This document shows positions 12,701 to 25,100 of a DNA stretch of 64,000 nt, piece after piece; the stretch's first letter is position 1; the number at the start of each line of letters is the position of its first letter. A program made the position numbers and the translations under genes. Below the pieces are notes generated by a model. It saw nothing but the letters and a program-made list of their open reading frames with translations. It had not been told where the DNA came from and made no database searches. The DNA is from Camelus dromedarius (taxonomy: Eukaryota), in assembly GCF_036321535.1 (NCBI RefSeq), contig NC_087437.1, forward strand, positions 64,110,001 through 64,174,000, written 5' to 3'.

Positions 12701-15700
12701 TCAAAATGCACCTTCCTGGCACTGGGTGATAAATAGATGACGGTACACCCCACACAACGGGCTACTACTGCATCCTTAAAAATGACAAAGAGGAGTATTT
12801 AATGTCATAGCCAGATGTGCACCTTACATTAAGGAGAGGGAGGAAGTTACAAAACAGCATATAAAATGTAATGACACTTTTGTGAGTACAAATATCTGTG
12901 TGTGCGTTACGTTGAAAGTCTGGACGGCTACAGAAAATACTGGAAGTGGGTATCTCTCAACACGGAGGGATGGGGTGAATTTTTTTTTCTTTCTTTTATG
13001 CTTAAGCTATGTTTTCTAAATTTTCAACAATGAATATACATTATAATTTTTCAGTTAGGTAAAAAAAGATTACAAATATTTTACGGGAATTTAAAACATT
13101 GTATAACAAAGTCTGAAAACGTGTACTCTTATTTATATAACTACAGGGTTAAGGCACTCATTTTAAGCAGAATTAGTAACCAAGATCTTTGACCCTGATG
13201 GAGGATGCAAATGCTTTGAAAATGATTTTCTGGAGTCCCTGGAGCTAACACCAGTAAAAGATCTGGGGAAAAAGGCTTCTCTGAGCCTGCAGTATTTTGG
13301 TTTCACATCCTGAGGATTAACAAATATTACATTACATTCAAAGATGCTTAATTACCTCCAAGTAAGTGTGGAACTCTAAGCTTACAAATGTCAATCAATA
13401 ACTCAAACTTGAATTTGGAACTTCAGTGATTTTACGTGGGGAGTCCACTGGCAGAAAAGTAGCCATGCCTCATACTTCTACGTGAGTGAGAACAGCACCA
13501 AGTGTAACAAGGGGACTGCCCACAGGTGTAAAGAAAGAATTTCTGCTTAATAATTTCTAGTTACAGAAGACCAATTTTAGGAGTTCCGGGACATGAACGA
13601 TTTGGGGGAGGGAGGCGGCAGGCAATCACTTTTTAGAAAAGCTAAAAACAAGTATGATCACATCTACCTGGGAGAAAATATCAGTTTAGGCTGTTCGTCA
13701 TTTCATGGCTATAGGCACAGGGCCACTACCTCCTGACACTTGCCCCGCTGCCTTTGCCCCCAGCATGCTTTTTGAAAAGGCTTCACCTTCCAGTTGGCAA
13801 TGCTGGCTCTTTCTATCCCAGAGAAATGTTGATGCCCAGCCCTTAATCTGAAAGGCCCACATGGTTGGCCCGCGATGATCACACAGGATCCCTCCTCCAG
13901 AAAGTATAAATGGCATCATTTTTGTGTGTGTGCTAATGAGCATTAAGAGTCAATAATTTTAAATGAAAAGGGAGGGAGGCAAAGAAAGATAAAAGGTACA
14001 TTTTATGTTACCAAGATATAAACAAACATTCTCTATCTACAAAAAAGCACTGCTTGCCTCACAGACCATTTGAAATGTGACAAAGTAGCTTGTGCCCATC
14101 CCAACCTGAAGGCAGAGCCACGCAAGCAAGGCACACACATGCACGTGATACACACACAGGTACCCGTAGACAGAGAGGCACATTCAGGGCAGGCGGGGCA
14201 GGCTTTGAAAGGAGGAGGGTGTCAGGGTTGTGAGCAGACTATACATCAGAACCACCCTTCCACTCCCCAACCCTCCACCCCGGCCAAACCCAGAAAATGA
14301 AGTAAACAACTTGTTCAAAGTTAACCCAATAACTCAGAATCAGAGACCTGACCCAAGTCTCTAGAAATCCAACTCAAACCTTTCAGACTAGACTTAAAAC
14401 AAAATTACACACACACAAAAACAAAACCCAATTTAAAAAAACAAAAAACATGGGGGTTGGATATAGCTTAGTGGTAGAGCAAATGCTTAGCATGCCCAAG
14501 GTTCTGGGTTTAACTCCCAGTATCTCCATTAAAAAAAAAAACAAAAAATAAAACCCAGAAGTCACACTGGCAATCCCAGCAACAATCCCAGAAAACATTT
14601 AAAATGATAGGAGAACCTAAACATGCTGAAGTACATGGATTAAGGCAGTGTAGAACGGAGGAAGCGCTCGGGCAGCCAGTCTGTCATCTCCTGTCGGTTC
14701 TGTCACGGAGCTGGGTAGGGGAATCAAACGTCAGGGTCCTGGTCCCTGCCCTCAGCCTGATGGTCCCAAAACACTCTCGTTTCTCAGTTCCTTGGGCATC
14801 TCTCCTGGGAGACCCTGGTTGTGGGAAAGCTTCCAGAGCCCAGCAGAACTGATAGGGGGAAATTACCTTTTCACTGTCAATGTGGACAACATCTTTGGCT
14901 CCAGGATCTTCCTCCCACAGTGGGGGCCCTTTGGGATCCTTCAGAAAGGCCACTATGGACTGAGAAAAAGAAAGAGAGAAGGGAAAACCTGTTTTAGCCA
15001 GGAAAAAAGGGAGATGGGGGAATTGAGAACCTGCCCCATTCCCTGCCTGGAGACCCAAGGGCCTGGAACGATATGCTTACCGGCAAACATGTGGGGGCAT
15101 GTCATCCCATCACCCACTGACAGCACTGCAAAGGCCCCTAAAAACACACCCCACCAGGACTTTTCAACCACAGAACACCTAACTCTGGTCCACTGATCCA
15201 CACCTCCAATGCTTCTTCACGGACAAGAGAACAAATTTGAGACAATTAGTTGGCTTATTCAAAACAGAGACATGTGCTTCTAATAAAGTTCATCTACTCC
15301 AGAAAGTCTTTCTGATGAATCTGAATAAAGGTCTCCAGACCTGTGCCCAGTAGATACTTCCACATTCACGCAGCCACTAAAACTGTCAATCACGTATGCA
15401 AGTCATCACACCTACTTATAACCTGCTGGATATTTCGTGATCTAAATGGGTTTGGGAGTGTGTTAAATCCTGATCACCCTCTGTGGGGCTCAGGTGGGGA
15501 GCTCTCAGGGCACGGTGCTCACTGCTGTGGCCCCCTGGTTGCTGGACTTCCTCTCCTTAGAGATCCCCTTCTAGATGGCCCAGGATGACGATCTGACAAA
15601 GACCTTCAGGATAAAGAGCTTGACCAGCCTTTGTCATGCGGACAACTGACTCCTATCTCTGCTCCCTTGGGGCAGGATCCACATAGGGTGGGAACGGGGG

Positions 15701-18700
15701 CACACCCCTCCACTCCCCTCCCCACCTGGCACAGTTCTCCAGTCCAGGACAGAAGCCACATCCCTCTCCTCTCAGTCACCTGGGAAATGGTGCTCAAAGT
15801 CTGTGAAAGCCAGGAACAGGAACCAGAAACCAGCTGAGCCTCCAACCCTCCAACCCTGGACAGGAGTTGCTGACCTCCACGTCAACAGAGCCCTCAGTGT
15901 CCCCCAATTTGATGCAAGATTCTGTTGCTTTTGCCCACTTTTATCAAGCTCCCATGAGCAGATGATGAGCTGAGTGGGCCATGTGTGACAAAGGAGGGAA
16001 GTCTGAGGTAAGAAAGGAAACACCCCCTTAGGGAGGCTGTGCATCCAACCCCTCCACTGGCCACACACAGAGGACCTCAGAGAGGACTGTTATTTCTGGA
16101 AATTCCTATTTGGAAAGAGCTACTATGGGAGACTGGGAGACAGCCAGGACTTCGCAGGATTTCATTCAGGTAATGCTCCCTGTTGGTCCAAACTGAGCTA
16201 TGCAATGCCTGCTGGCAAGAGAAGACGGCCGTGTCCACCAGGCAAAGGCAGATCGGCCTTTCTCAGTCCCGTGTCAAAGCTGCACTGTGAGAATACAAGC
16301 CAAAGTGGAACCAGCAGGGACATTCTGAAACCTACACTCACCCACAGGCACAGACGCATCTGTGCCCCAGCCACGTGAGGAAGATGTTTATGGGTGCCGA
16401 CCCGCTTGCTGGTCCAGAACACCTGGTGCAGGGGGTCTTAATTAAGGGAGCACAGTGGACTTCAGGAGTCTCTGCAACCCCAAACTCACAAGAAAACACT
16501 TCTTTCAAGGTATGCACGCACACTGTTTCCAGGGAGAAGGTCCATGGCTTTCAGGAGATTCTCAGTGGGATTAGGAACCCAAAACTACTGCTCTGGAGGC
16601 TCCTGTTCCATCCCAACACGAGCTGAGTTGAAGGGTTAGCACCCTCACCACTACCTCGACATCAAGGAGAAAAGATGGATGTGGATAGAGAAAGGAAAGA
16701 AATCACCTCTTTTAATGCAACAACTGAAACATTCATACTAGCAATCTTTCACTTCTCAGGTGGAGATTACTCTTCTTTAGCTGAAGTTGGATAATACATC
16801 CATAGGTTCTCTCCAAATTACGTAACCAACAAGATCTTGGGTGGAAAGGGCTAGAGGGAAAAGCACCTGGGACCCTGCCTTCAGCTGTCCTATTCCGAGT
16901 GCTCTGAATTCCAGGGAAATGGCCCAACACCCTGCACTTTAGTCTTCAGGACGTCTTCCTGGCTGGGAAACCACATCCAAGGTCACAGAACTTGGGAGAG
17001 GGTCATCTGAATTTCCCCTTTTAGGCATCTCTGATCCTTACCACTCACATAAGGATTTCATTGGATAGTTGGCTGACAAGCCAAAGGCCACTCACACAGA
17101 TGCCCCCTCTCTGAGTTCCCCACTCTTTACCCTCACTTATCTGGCCTCTGCACTCTTTACGGGCCCCGGCACAGTCCCTCTGTCCAGACCCCCCACGGAA
17201 CTGTACAGGGTGACAGCAACACTCACCCTGCCGGGGGCTCCTCCATCTTTCTGGAAACAGAGGCTCAGGAGAGACCCTAAAGGAAAACTGATCCATGACT
17301 GAGGGGGGATTTGGTCTGGGCTGCTCCCCCTGAGGAGCAGGAGCTGCCAGGCAGTCATGGGGAGCTCTGCCCCCACGCCTCCTCCACCCTGGAGAAACCC
17401 AGGGACTCTACCCCAGTCCTTGATGGCCCTGTGGGCTTCAGGGACCGTGGGGCCAAGGATGCCCTCTCTCTGCCCTACACAATGCTCACCTCACCTCACT
17501 TCTCCAGCCTGTTGATGCCTAAATCACAGGAAGGACGGAGCAAGCAGATCCCACACACCTGGTCTTTGTAAGGAGGTGGGCAGAGGCCAGAACTTGGCCT
17601 CCCCCTCCCAGGCAAGGCAAAGACCACCTGGGCTCCTTTCCTACGGTGACACTTTCGAGCAGCTGTTATTCCCTGCTCCACAATCTCACAACAGACTCAG
17701 GGCCAGCTAAATACAAACCGAATACAATCTCCAAACACAAAACAAAAGCCCCCGCTCCCTCTTTCCATCGGCACCTCTCCCACCCCACCCAGCTAAATCT
17801 AGTTCCTGGAGAGCACCTGTTCTCTCCAAGGACTTCAGCTGACATCTTAACATAGAATAAGAGGGGGTTAGTAACTCTAGTTGGTAGAATCTTCTCTAAG
17901 TGTCTAAGTGGGTGTTAAGATGATGAGTAATCAGGCTGAGTCTCTATAAGGAAAAACCTGTGGCCACTTAAGAACACGCGTGAGTGGGTAAACAAGACAT
18001 GACCAGGGAGATGGGGGGGGCAGAGGGAGAGGGGCACTGACAGCTGCACAGACAGATGGTTGGGCAGGAAACAATCGAAGGAAACAGATGGAAAAAGACA
18101 GAGAGAGGAGCACAGGTCCAAGAAGTCTGGGAAGCAGGAGAGTCAGAGAGAGTAGGTTCAGCATACGCTGGGAACAGAATACACAGCCTTGCGCAGGGCA
18201 AGGGGGACACCGCCTGGACCAGAGGCAGAAGAATACTGATCTAAGGAAGGGAACGCACAAATTGAAGGAGGAGAATCCAAGGGTATTGAAAGATTCAGGG
18301 CTGGGGGAGCCACTTTAAGATAACAGGACAGCACCGGCAGGTCAGAGGACTCCATATTTAGTTCCACTGATGCTTTTCCATCTCCTTCTAAATTGAATTT
18401 GTAGCAGGGAGCGTCTCAGTGACATTGGCGTCTCGCCTGGGACAAGCTGCATCAGTCCCAGAGGTGCTGCCCTGCCCAGGTCCTGTGCTCACCTGGGCAC
18501 AGCTAGCCCCCTCTGGCCCGTGGGAGGCCACCATGGACACTACTGCAGAGATGAGGGAGGGCTTTGAAGCCACAGCGAAGGGAGACCCAGGCCTTTGGAG
18601 GGGAGGGCGTGACATCACATGCCTCAATGGATGACTGCTGACAGATTCGCAAACTGTCTACAAGGCGGGTCATCCCCACTGGTTTACCAGTTAGAAACTT

Positions 18701-21700
18701 TCCCAGATAGTCTGCTGATCTATGCTCTAGAGATGACAACCCCTCAGGTCACTCAGAAGGGCACCCGTGCACTCTGCCCTTCCTCCTGAGAATGAGGGAG
18801 GGAGACTTACCTTAAACGTCACAGCTCGGTTATATTCAGTATGAAATGCACCATCCCTGTCAAATGAGAAAAAGGTGTTAACTTTGGGAATGGTTGTGAA
18901 GACACTTACCTTTGGTTTCCGGCAGCATCTTAATAAGATTCAGCTACTGAACACAGTTCAAGGTTTTTTTTTAAGAAGTAATTGTAAACACAGAAAAAAA
19001 TCATTCTGAAATAAAATTAATCTCACTAAAAATCGCTGTTCACTGAGAATACCAATAAAAGCTTCCAGCATTCACTTGGAAATTGGAAATGCCCACGTGT
19101 ACTTACTGGTAATGGAATAATTCGACATTTTTGTCCTTTGCACTCAGGTCAACTTTCATCTTCTTGCACAATTTTCTACTCTCTGTGTCACTGAAAGACA
19201 CAAATATTGGGGCCACTTGTTACCTGAAGCCCTCACAAAGGTGTCAACAGAGTAAAATCTGCTGGTGGCCTAAGAATAAAGCAGGTAACTTGGCATTCTC
19301 AACAGCAAGTGAGGCCCTCACTACAAATGGATTCTCAGGGAACTGGAGGAAGGAGAGAAACCAGCAGGACAGGGACCAGTAGATGGGGAGGACATATCAC
19401 TACCTGTAAGGGACAACACTGATGGGGCCAAAGGAAGAGCCCCAGACAGCCCATCCTCAGAAGAAAAATAAGCTCAGGATAGTGGTTCCCAGTCCTGGCT
19501 GCTCATTAGAATCACCTGGGGAAGTCTTTAAAAATACTGACTCCCTGACCCTCCCCAGACTATGACTTCAGAAGCTCTGCCAGCAGCCCAAGCAGGTTTC
19601 TGTTTCTAAGCTTCTAATGTGTGCCAGGCGCCACCAGGGTAGGAGGAAAATGTTGTATGATGTTGAAGGAGTTATGAAATCTGACCAGATATTGACAGAA
19701 GCCAAAAGGAGAAAAGGGAAAGGTTCAGTGAGGTGCTAGCACCTGCAAGATCACACTCCTAAAATTCTTCTAGTTATGAACCGTCTTCTGGGTGCCACTC
19801 ACTGCTTACCAAGTGCTCGCTCGTGGCCTCCTCTAATCTTGGCTCCCTTTCTGTTAGACCTCGGATCTCAGAGTGTGGTCCTGGGACCAGCAGCATCAGC
19901 ACCACCCAGGAAACTGTTAGAAATGCAAATTCTCTGCCCCTCTCCCAGACCTACTCAATCAAAACTCCTGGCGAATCCTCGAGCAACTGTGTTTTAAGGA
20001 GCCTTCCAGGGGATCCTGGCCCCTGCCACCGCCCTGCATGGCTCTTCCTCCTCTCCTCCACCTCACTCCCACCTCCTTGAAGTTCAGCTTCCCCTGTGCC
20101 CTATACCAGACCCCTCAGGGACCTTATCTGCTCTCACAGCCTCCCCACGACCTCACCACACTCAGCCAAGTCTGCCCAATAGCCAGCCAGAGGCAGCTAC
20201 CCTACCCATGGGGCAAGGCTCTGTACTCCAGGGCCTTCTCCCCAGATGTCAATGAACTTAGTGAGGGCATCTTGGCCTCTAACCCCCACTGGTCCTCGCT
20301 GACTACATCACATGAGAAAACCTGCTCTGCCAGGTGTGACAACCACCTGAGGGAAGTCCCTTCATCTCCCATTTGTAGACACACCGCACTACCTTCGACA
20401 GCCATCAGCTTCACAAAGCTGTGCACCAGCTCCAGAACAGATGGACAAATTAAACCATTCAGTTCAATCCTTAAAGCCACACTCATCGATGGGCAAGTAA
20501 AATTATGGGACCTCATTTTAAGTGTAGGTATGCAATTTGTAATTCAAGAAGCAAGTCTTACAGTACAGGTGTGTGTGGGTCTGAGAGGGGGCGTGTCAGG
20601 CACTCCCCAGGCCCAGGGCTTTCCCTCCCTAGGTAGTCCTACCTGTGGTAGCCATCACTGCAGCCACTGCAGCTCCCAGCCCCTGGGCCTAGCAAACAGG
20701 GTACTCAAGAAATGCATGACGAATTCAGAAAGCCAAGGCTGATGACATGGCTGTGACTGCTCCCGCAGGGTGGCGAGAGCATTCTAAGATAGGGAGTCCA
20801 GGGAGGAGGGATAACTGGTGTGCAGAGGGGACCCAGAAAGGCCGAGAGCACACATCAGGAGGCCTAAAGGGCAGCTCATGCATCCAGTGCCTGAACTCTT
20901 ACCCTGAAGCTTTGTGGGGATGCCGGGCACACCCCCACTGACCATGGCAATTACAGTGTGGGTCTGCCTTATCCCTCAGGGGCTCTGTGGTGAAGCCACA
21001 CTAACAGGCAGTGGGTCTGTTTGACGACTGCATCTGAGGAACACTTTCCCTGCCCCAGGAAAGACGGGAGGCCTTGACTCAGGATTTTGTAACCGTCTCC
21101 TTGGCACTTTTCTCTGTCTGGCTTTGTTCTGCTCCATGCAACCATTTCTGTGACCACCTACTGTCCACCTGAATGCGACAGCAAATAGTGGCTGGGACAA
21201 GACCAGATCCAGGTACCTGCAGCCTCCCTTGGCCCCATGCTGGCATCCGCTGGGGGCGCCCGAAGGGCCTGCTCACCTGCCGCACCTGCAGTGGCCGCCC
21301 AGACTGCAAGGCAGACTCCTCCATTGAGCCTGGCCGGCAGCTGCTTCCTGTGACTTCTAAAGCAGAGATGAGCGATGGGGCCCGGTTGTTGCAACCCCTG
21401 TCCCTACCAGCTGTGTAGGAACCCACTCCATGGGAAAGCCTGGCTGCTGCAGACTTAGGAGTGATGTTCCAAAGCAACCAGCTGGACTGTGTGGAGCTAA
21501 GAGGGTGCAGAGGTTCCCCCAGCAGTATGTCCAGCCCTGCCCGCAGTTACGGTCTCCATGGCAGGTCAGGGGCCACAGCTCCATGTCTGCCACAAGAAAT
21601 CCTGTGTGACCCTCTCCCCTCCTTATGTTATGGGATACTCCTCGAGGAGTCTCTTTTCTCCTCTGTCCCCGACAGACAGACAGACAGACACAGACACAGA

Positions 21701-22101
21701 CACACACACACACACACACACACACGAATGCAAATACACACGTTCTCAGAGGGGTCTGTGGGGAGATGGCTTCCTGTCCTCTCTGAGCACCTCTGGCACA
21801 GACCCCAGAGCGTCAGCCACCCACTCCCAGCACTCCCACACAGAAAGGTCTGCTCCACCCAGGAGAGAGCTTCGTTTTGTTCACAGCTATTTCCCTAGGG
21901 TTAAAAGGGCACACAGCAGGAGCTCTGAATAGCCTGAGTGAGTGATGCTGGCTCGCTGCGCTGGGATGAGGCTCTCACTGCTGGCTCTCTGGGCTCTGCC
22001 TGCTGAGCTCCAGGAATCCTGCCAGGTGACAATTCCTGACACTGCTCTCTCAGATAGGCTCCCCTTCCTCCTATGATTCTGCCTCTCAGAGCGTGTAAGA
22101 G

Positions 22102-22136
<35 letters not shown>

Positions 22137-25100
22137 CACACATGAATTGTGCAGTACAGTAAAAGGGAAGAGAAAGGAGGGAAGAGAAATTACCCAAGCC
22201 CAGGGACGTAAAAGGATCTGAGTGGATAGATTAAGTACAATTAATGGATCTCCTGGCTCCCTCCCTTCCCCAGCCAGTGATTGAGGCTCCAGAGGGAAAA
22301 GCAGTGAGGTGAGTAGGGAAATGAGCTGCTTTGCTGGGATGGAGAGGGAGGGAGCGGGGTAACCACAGAGAGCAGACTGGCCGTGCAAAGGCCCTTGCCG
22401 GCCACTGCCCTGACCATCCTGCAGGAACCAGCCTTCTCTGCTGGGGAGGCTGAGCCTCACTGCCCTCTGCTTGTTTACTCACCCACGACCTGCTCCCTCC
22501 TCCCAACTCCCACCTCCCTCAGTTCTCCCCCTACAAAGAATGGAGGAAGGGTAGAGGCCAATATATGTTTCCTTCCCCACCCCCGGCCCAGACAGACACA
22601 AACACATGGGCGTTTTCATTTGACTCTGTTGTGAATGGCCGGCGAGCGGCATGGCATGGCTGCAGCAGGGACATGGTACTGCGTTCACCTAGATTTTCAT
22701 GTGCAGCTGTGATCATTCAAAGGACTGGCCACTCACACTCCTGGGAGTCAGACCCAGGGAGGAAAGGTCAGGGGTGAGAGCAGGAGGAAAGAGAAGAAAA
22801 CAAGATGCTGGAGGCTCAGGAAGGGGAGGTATGCGACTTTCAAGTCGCAGCCCAAGTACCAAACCCTCCCTAGAGGAGGTCCAACGGCCAACTGGAGGGA
22901 TGAAGGCTTCTACATCTGGTTCTGCCACTAGCCAGCCTCGACCTCTGGCGGGGCCCTGGGTTTCCCGAGTTCCAGAATGCAGGAGTTGTCCACTTGAGCT
23001 GGATGGAGCTTTCGATTCCCCTACAGGGTCAGGTACCAATAAAGCATCAAGGCAGGTTGGCCCATATCCTGACAAGTGAACCAGGAGCCAGAACCCAGCA
23101 CAGCTGGTGGAGCCTCAGAACAATGTGAACCTCCATCACCTCTCTCCTTGCCCCCCACTGGGACCTTCACTCAGCGAGACAACATTCTTACGTCCACACA
23201 AACCTTGGGCAGCCTCCTGCAGCGGGTAGAAAGCAGGCTACACCAAGGACCAGAGCCTGTCTTGGCCACTGTGTGCCCTTGGCTAACCTGGCCTTCCTGG
23301 AGTCTATTTCCCCTCTTTCTCCCATCTGCCAGGTCTAAAATGGTGGGATCCTGAGCAGATGGACCCGTGATCCCTGAGGGTGGGTAGGAGAGGAAAGGCA
23401 GCAGGTAACCCCACTTCAGAGGCATGAAGAAAATACGAGACAAGAAGCAAGTGAGCAAGAAACAGTCAGAGTGACAGCGAGGCGCCAACTACTGAGGACA
23501 ATATGGAAGAATGTAGCTGGAGGACACTGGGGGACAAAGGCAGGGGACAGAACAAGCCTGGAACAGCTGGGCCCTCAACTTGGCCAGACCTTGGCCCTCG
23601 CTGATGAAGGGACTCCCTCAACACGGATCCTCCCAGGTCTGGCTGTTCTCCTTGGTGCCCAGCTCAAGGAGGCACATGATAAAGTATGAATTATGCAGCG
23701 CAGTTCATAAAAGTGCTGGGAATACGAGAAAGAGGAGTGTGCCTTCTCGTCCTCCACCTGCCTGTTCAGCCCAGTAGTTCTAAGAGGCACACGTCACCCC
23801 CACGAGTGCAGGGAAGCGTGCCAGGAGGTGTCTGCAGCCACGACACAAACACAGCACTTCCTCTGGGTTTCCTTTACTTTATCCTACAGTAAGTAATTTA
23901 AACTTGCTTACACATAAAGGAGCAAATGCTAAATTCAAATAATTTTTGGAAGAAAACATGAACTTCGAAATATGTTATGAATGCCCCAGCAGGCCCCACA
24001 TCTTGGATCTGGGAAGCCAGCACTGCTCAAGGGAAAGAAAGCAGATGGGAGAATGAGAGTGGGAAGAAGGAAAACGCAGTAAGGTAATGACCTTGAACCC
24101 TCAGGAGAAGAAAGCAGCTTGCGCCCCCAGGGCAGCCTCGGCCCAGGGAGAATCAGCCCCAGGAATGAGCAGAAGGGGCCCAGCGCCTGCCCACGGCCCC
24201 GGCTCTGCTGCCCAGACAGCAGGGCTCTGGGAGGCCAGGCTGCGGGGGAAGGCCGACTCCCTCACACACAGCCCGCTTCCGAGCGGACAACCACCACCAG
24301 CCAACCATCAGCCCTCTACCATCAGGTACAACTACTGTCAGCCACACTGAAGAGGGCTGAACCAGGAGGCGGAGTGAGGGGAAGGGAGAGCTGACAAATC
24401 CCTGGAGAGAAGCCAGACACCCAACAGACATCTCCCAGCAACAAGTTACAGCCCGGGGCCTGGGAGAAAATCGGCAGACGGGGTGTGTGTGTCTGTGAAT
24501 ACGCAGGCAGGGGTAGGGAGGAAAGAGCCAGAAAGGCAAGAAAAAGAGGAGAAGTATCCACACAGAGGAGAGAGGAGGAAAAAGACCAAAGAATGGGGGA
24601 GGCAAGGACCAGAGAAAGAAAGAGGCAACAGAAACTCTCAAGGGAGGGGGAAGAAAGGGGAAGAGGGGGGAGAGAGGGGAGGGGCTGATAGGGAGGGACT
24701 GGAGAGAGGCAGACACCCGGGTTGGTCATGGGAGATGCAAAGCCTACAAGACACACCCTTCCACACATTTACACACGCACACACACTGCATACCAAGCCT
24801 GGCAGCTTCCCAGATGCTCTGAACCAGGCCACGGAGGGGTGAGAGCAACCTGGAGGATTCAACTCTGCATTTCACAAGGGAGTAAACTGAAGCCCAGAGA
24901 GGGGCAGTGAATTGCCAAAGGTCCCAAAGGTATCTGCTGTCAGAGCCAGGCTTCCTGACCTGCAGTCCTGCCAGTTCCACTGCAGCCCCACAGTTCTTAA
25001 GGGTCAAAGCAAAACCCCCTGCACACTGGGACTGATTCTCACGCCCAAAACTTTCTTCAGGGTACCCTCAGAACAACCAAGGGATCACCATCCAAGAAAA

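Noticed and set aside
20038..20742. 234-aa plus-strand ORF, the longest in the track
   Set aside because: Non-ATG start, no recognisable domain, antisense within intron 3; consistent with a chance ORF
24153..24862. Cluster of long ORFs (up to 187 aa)
   Set aside because: Translations of GA/CT low-complexity sequence
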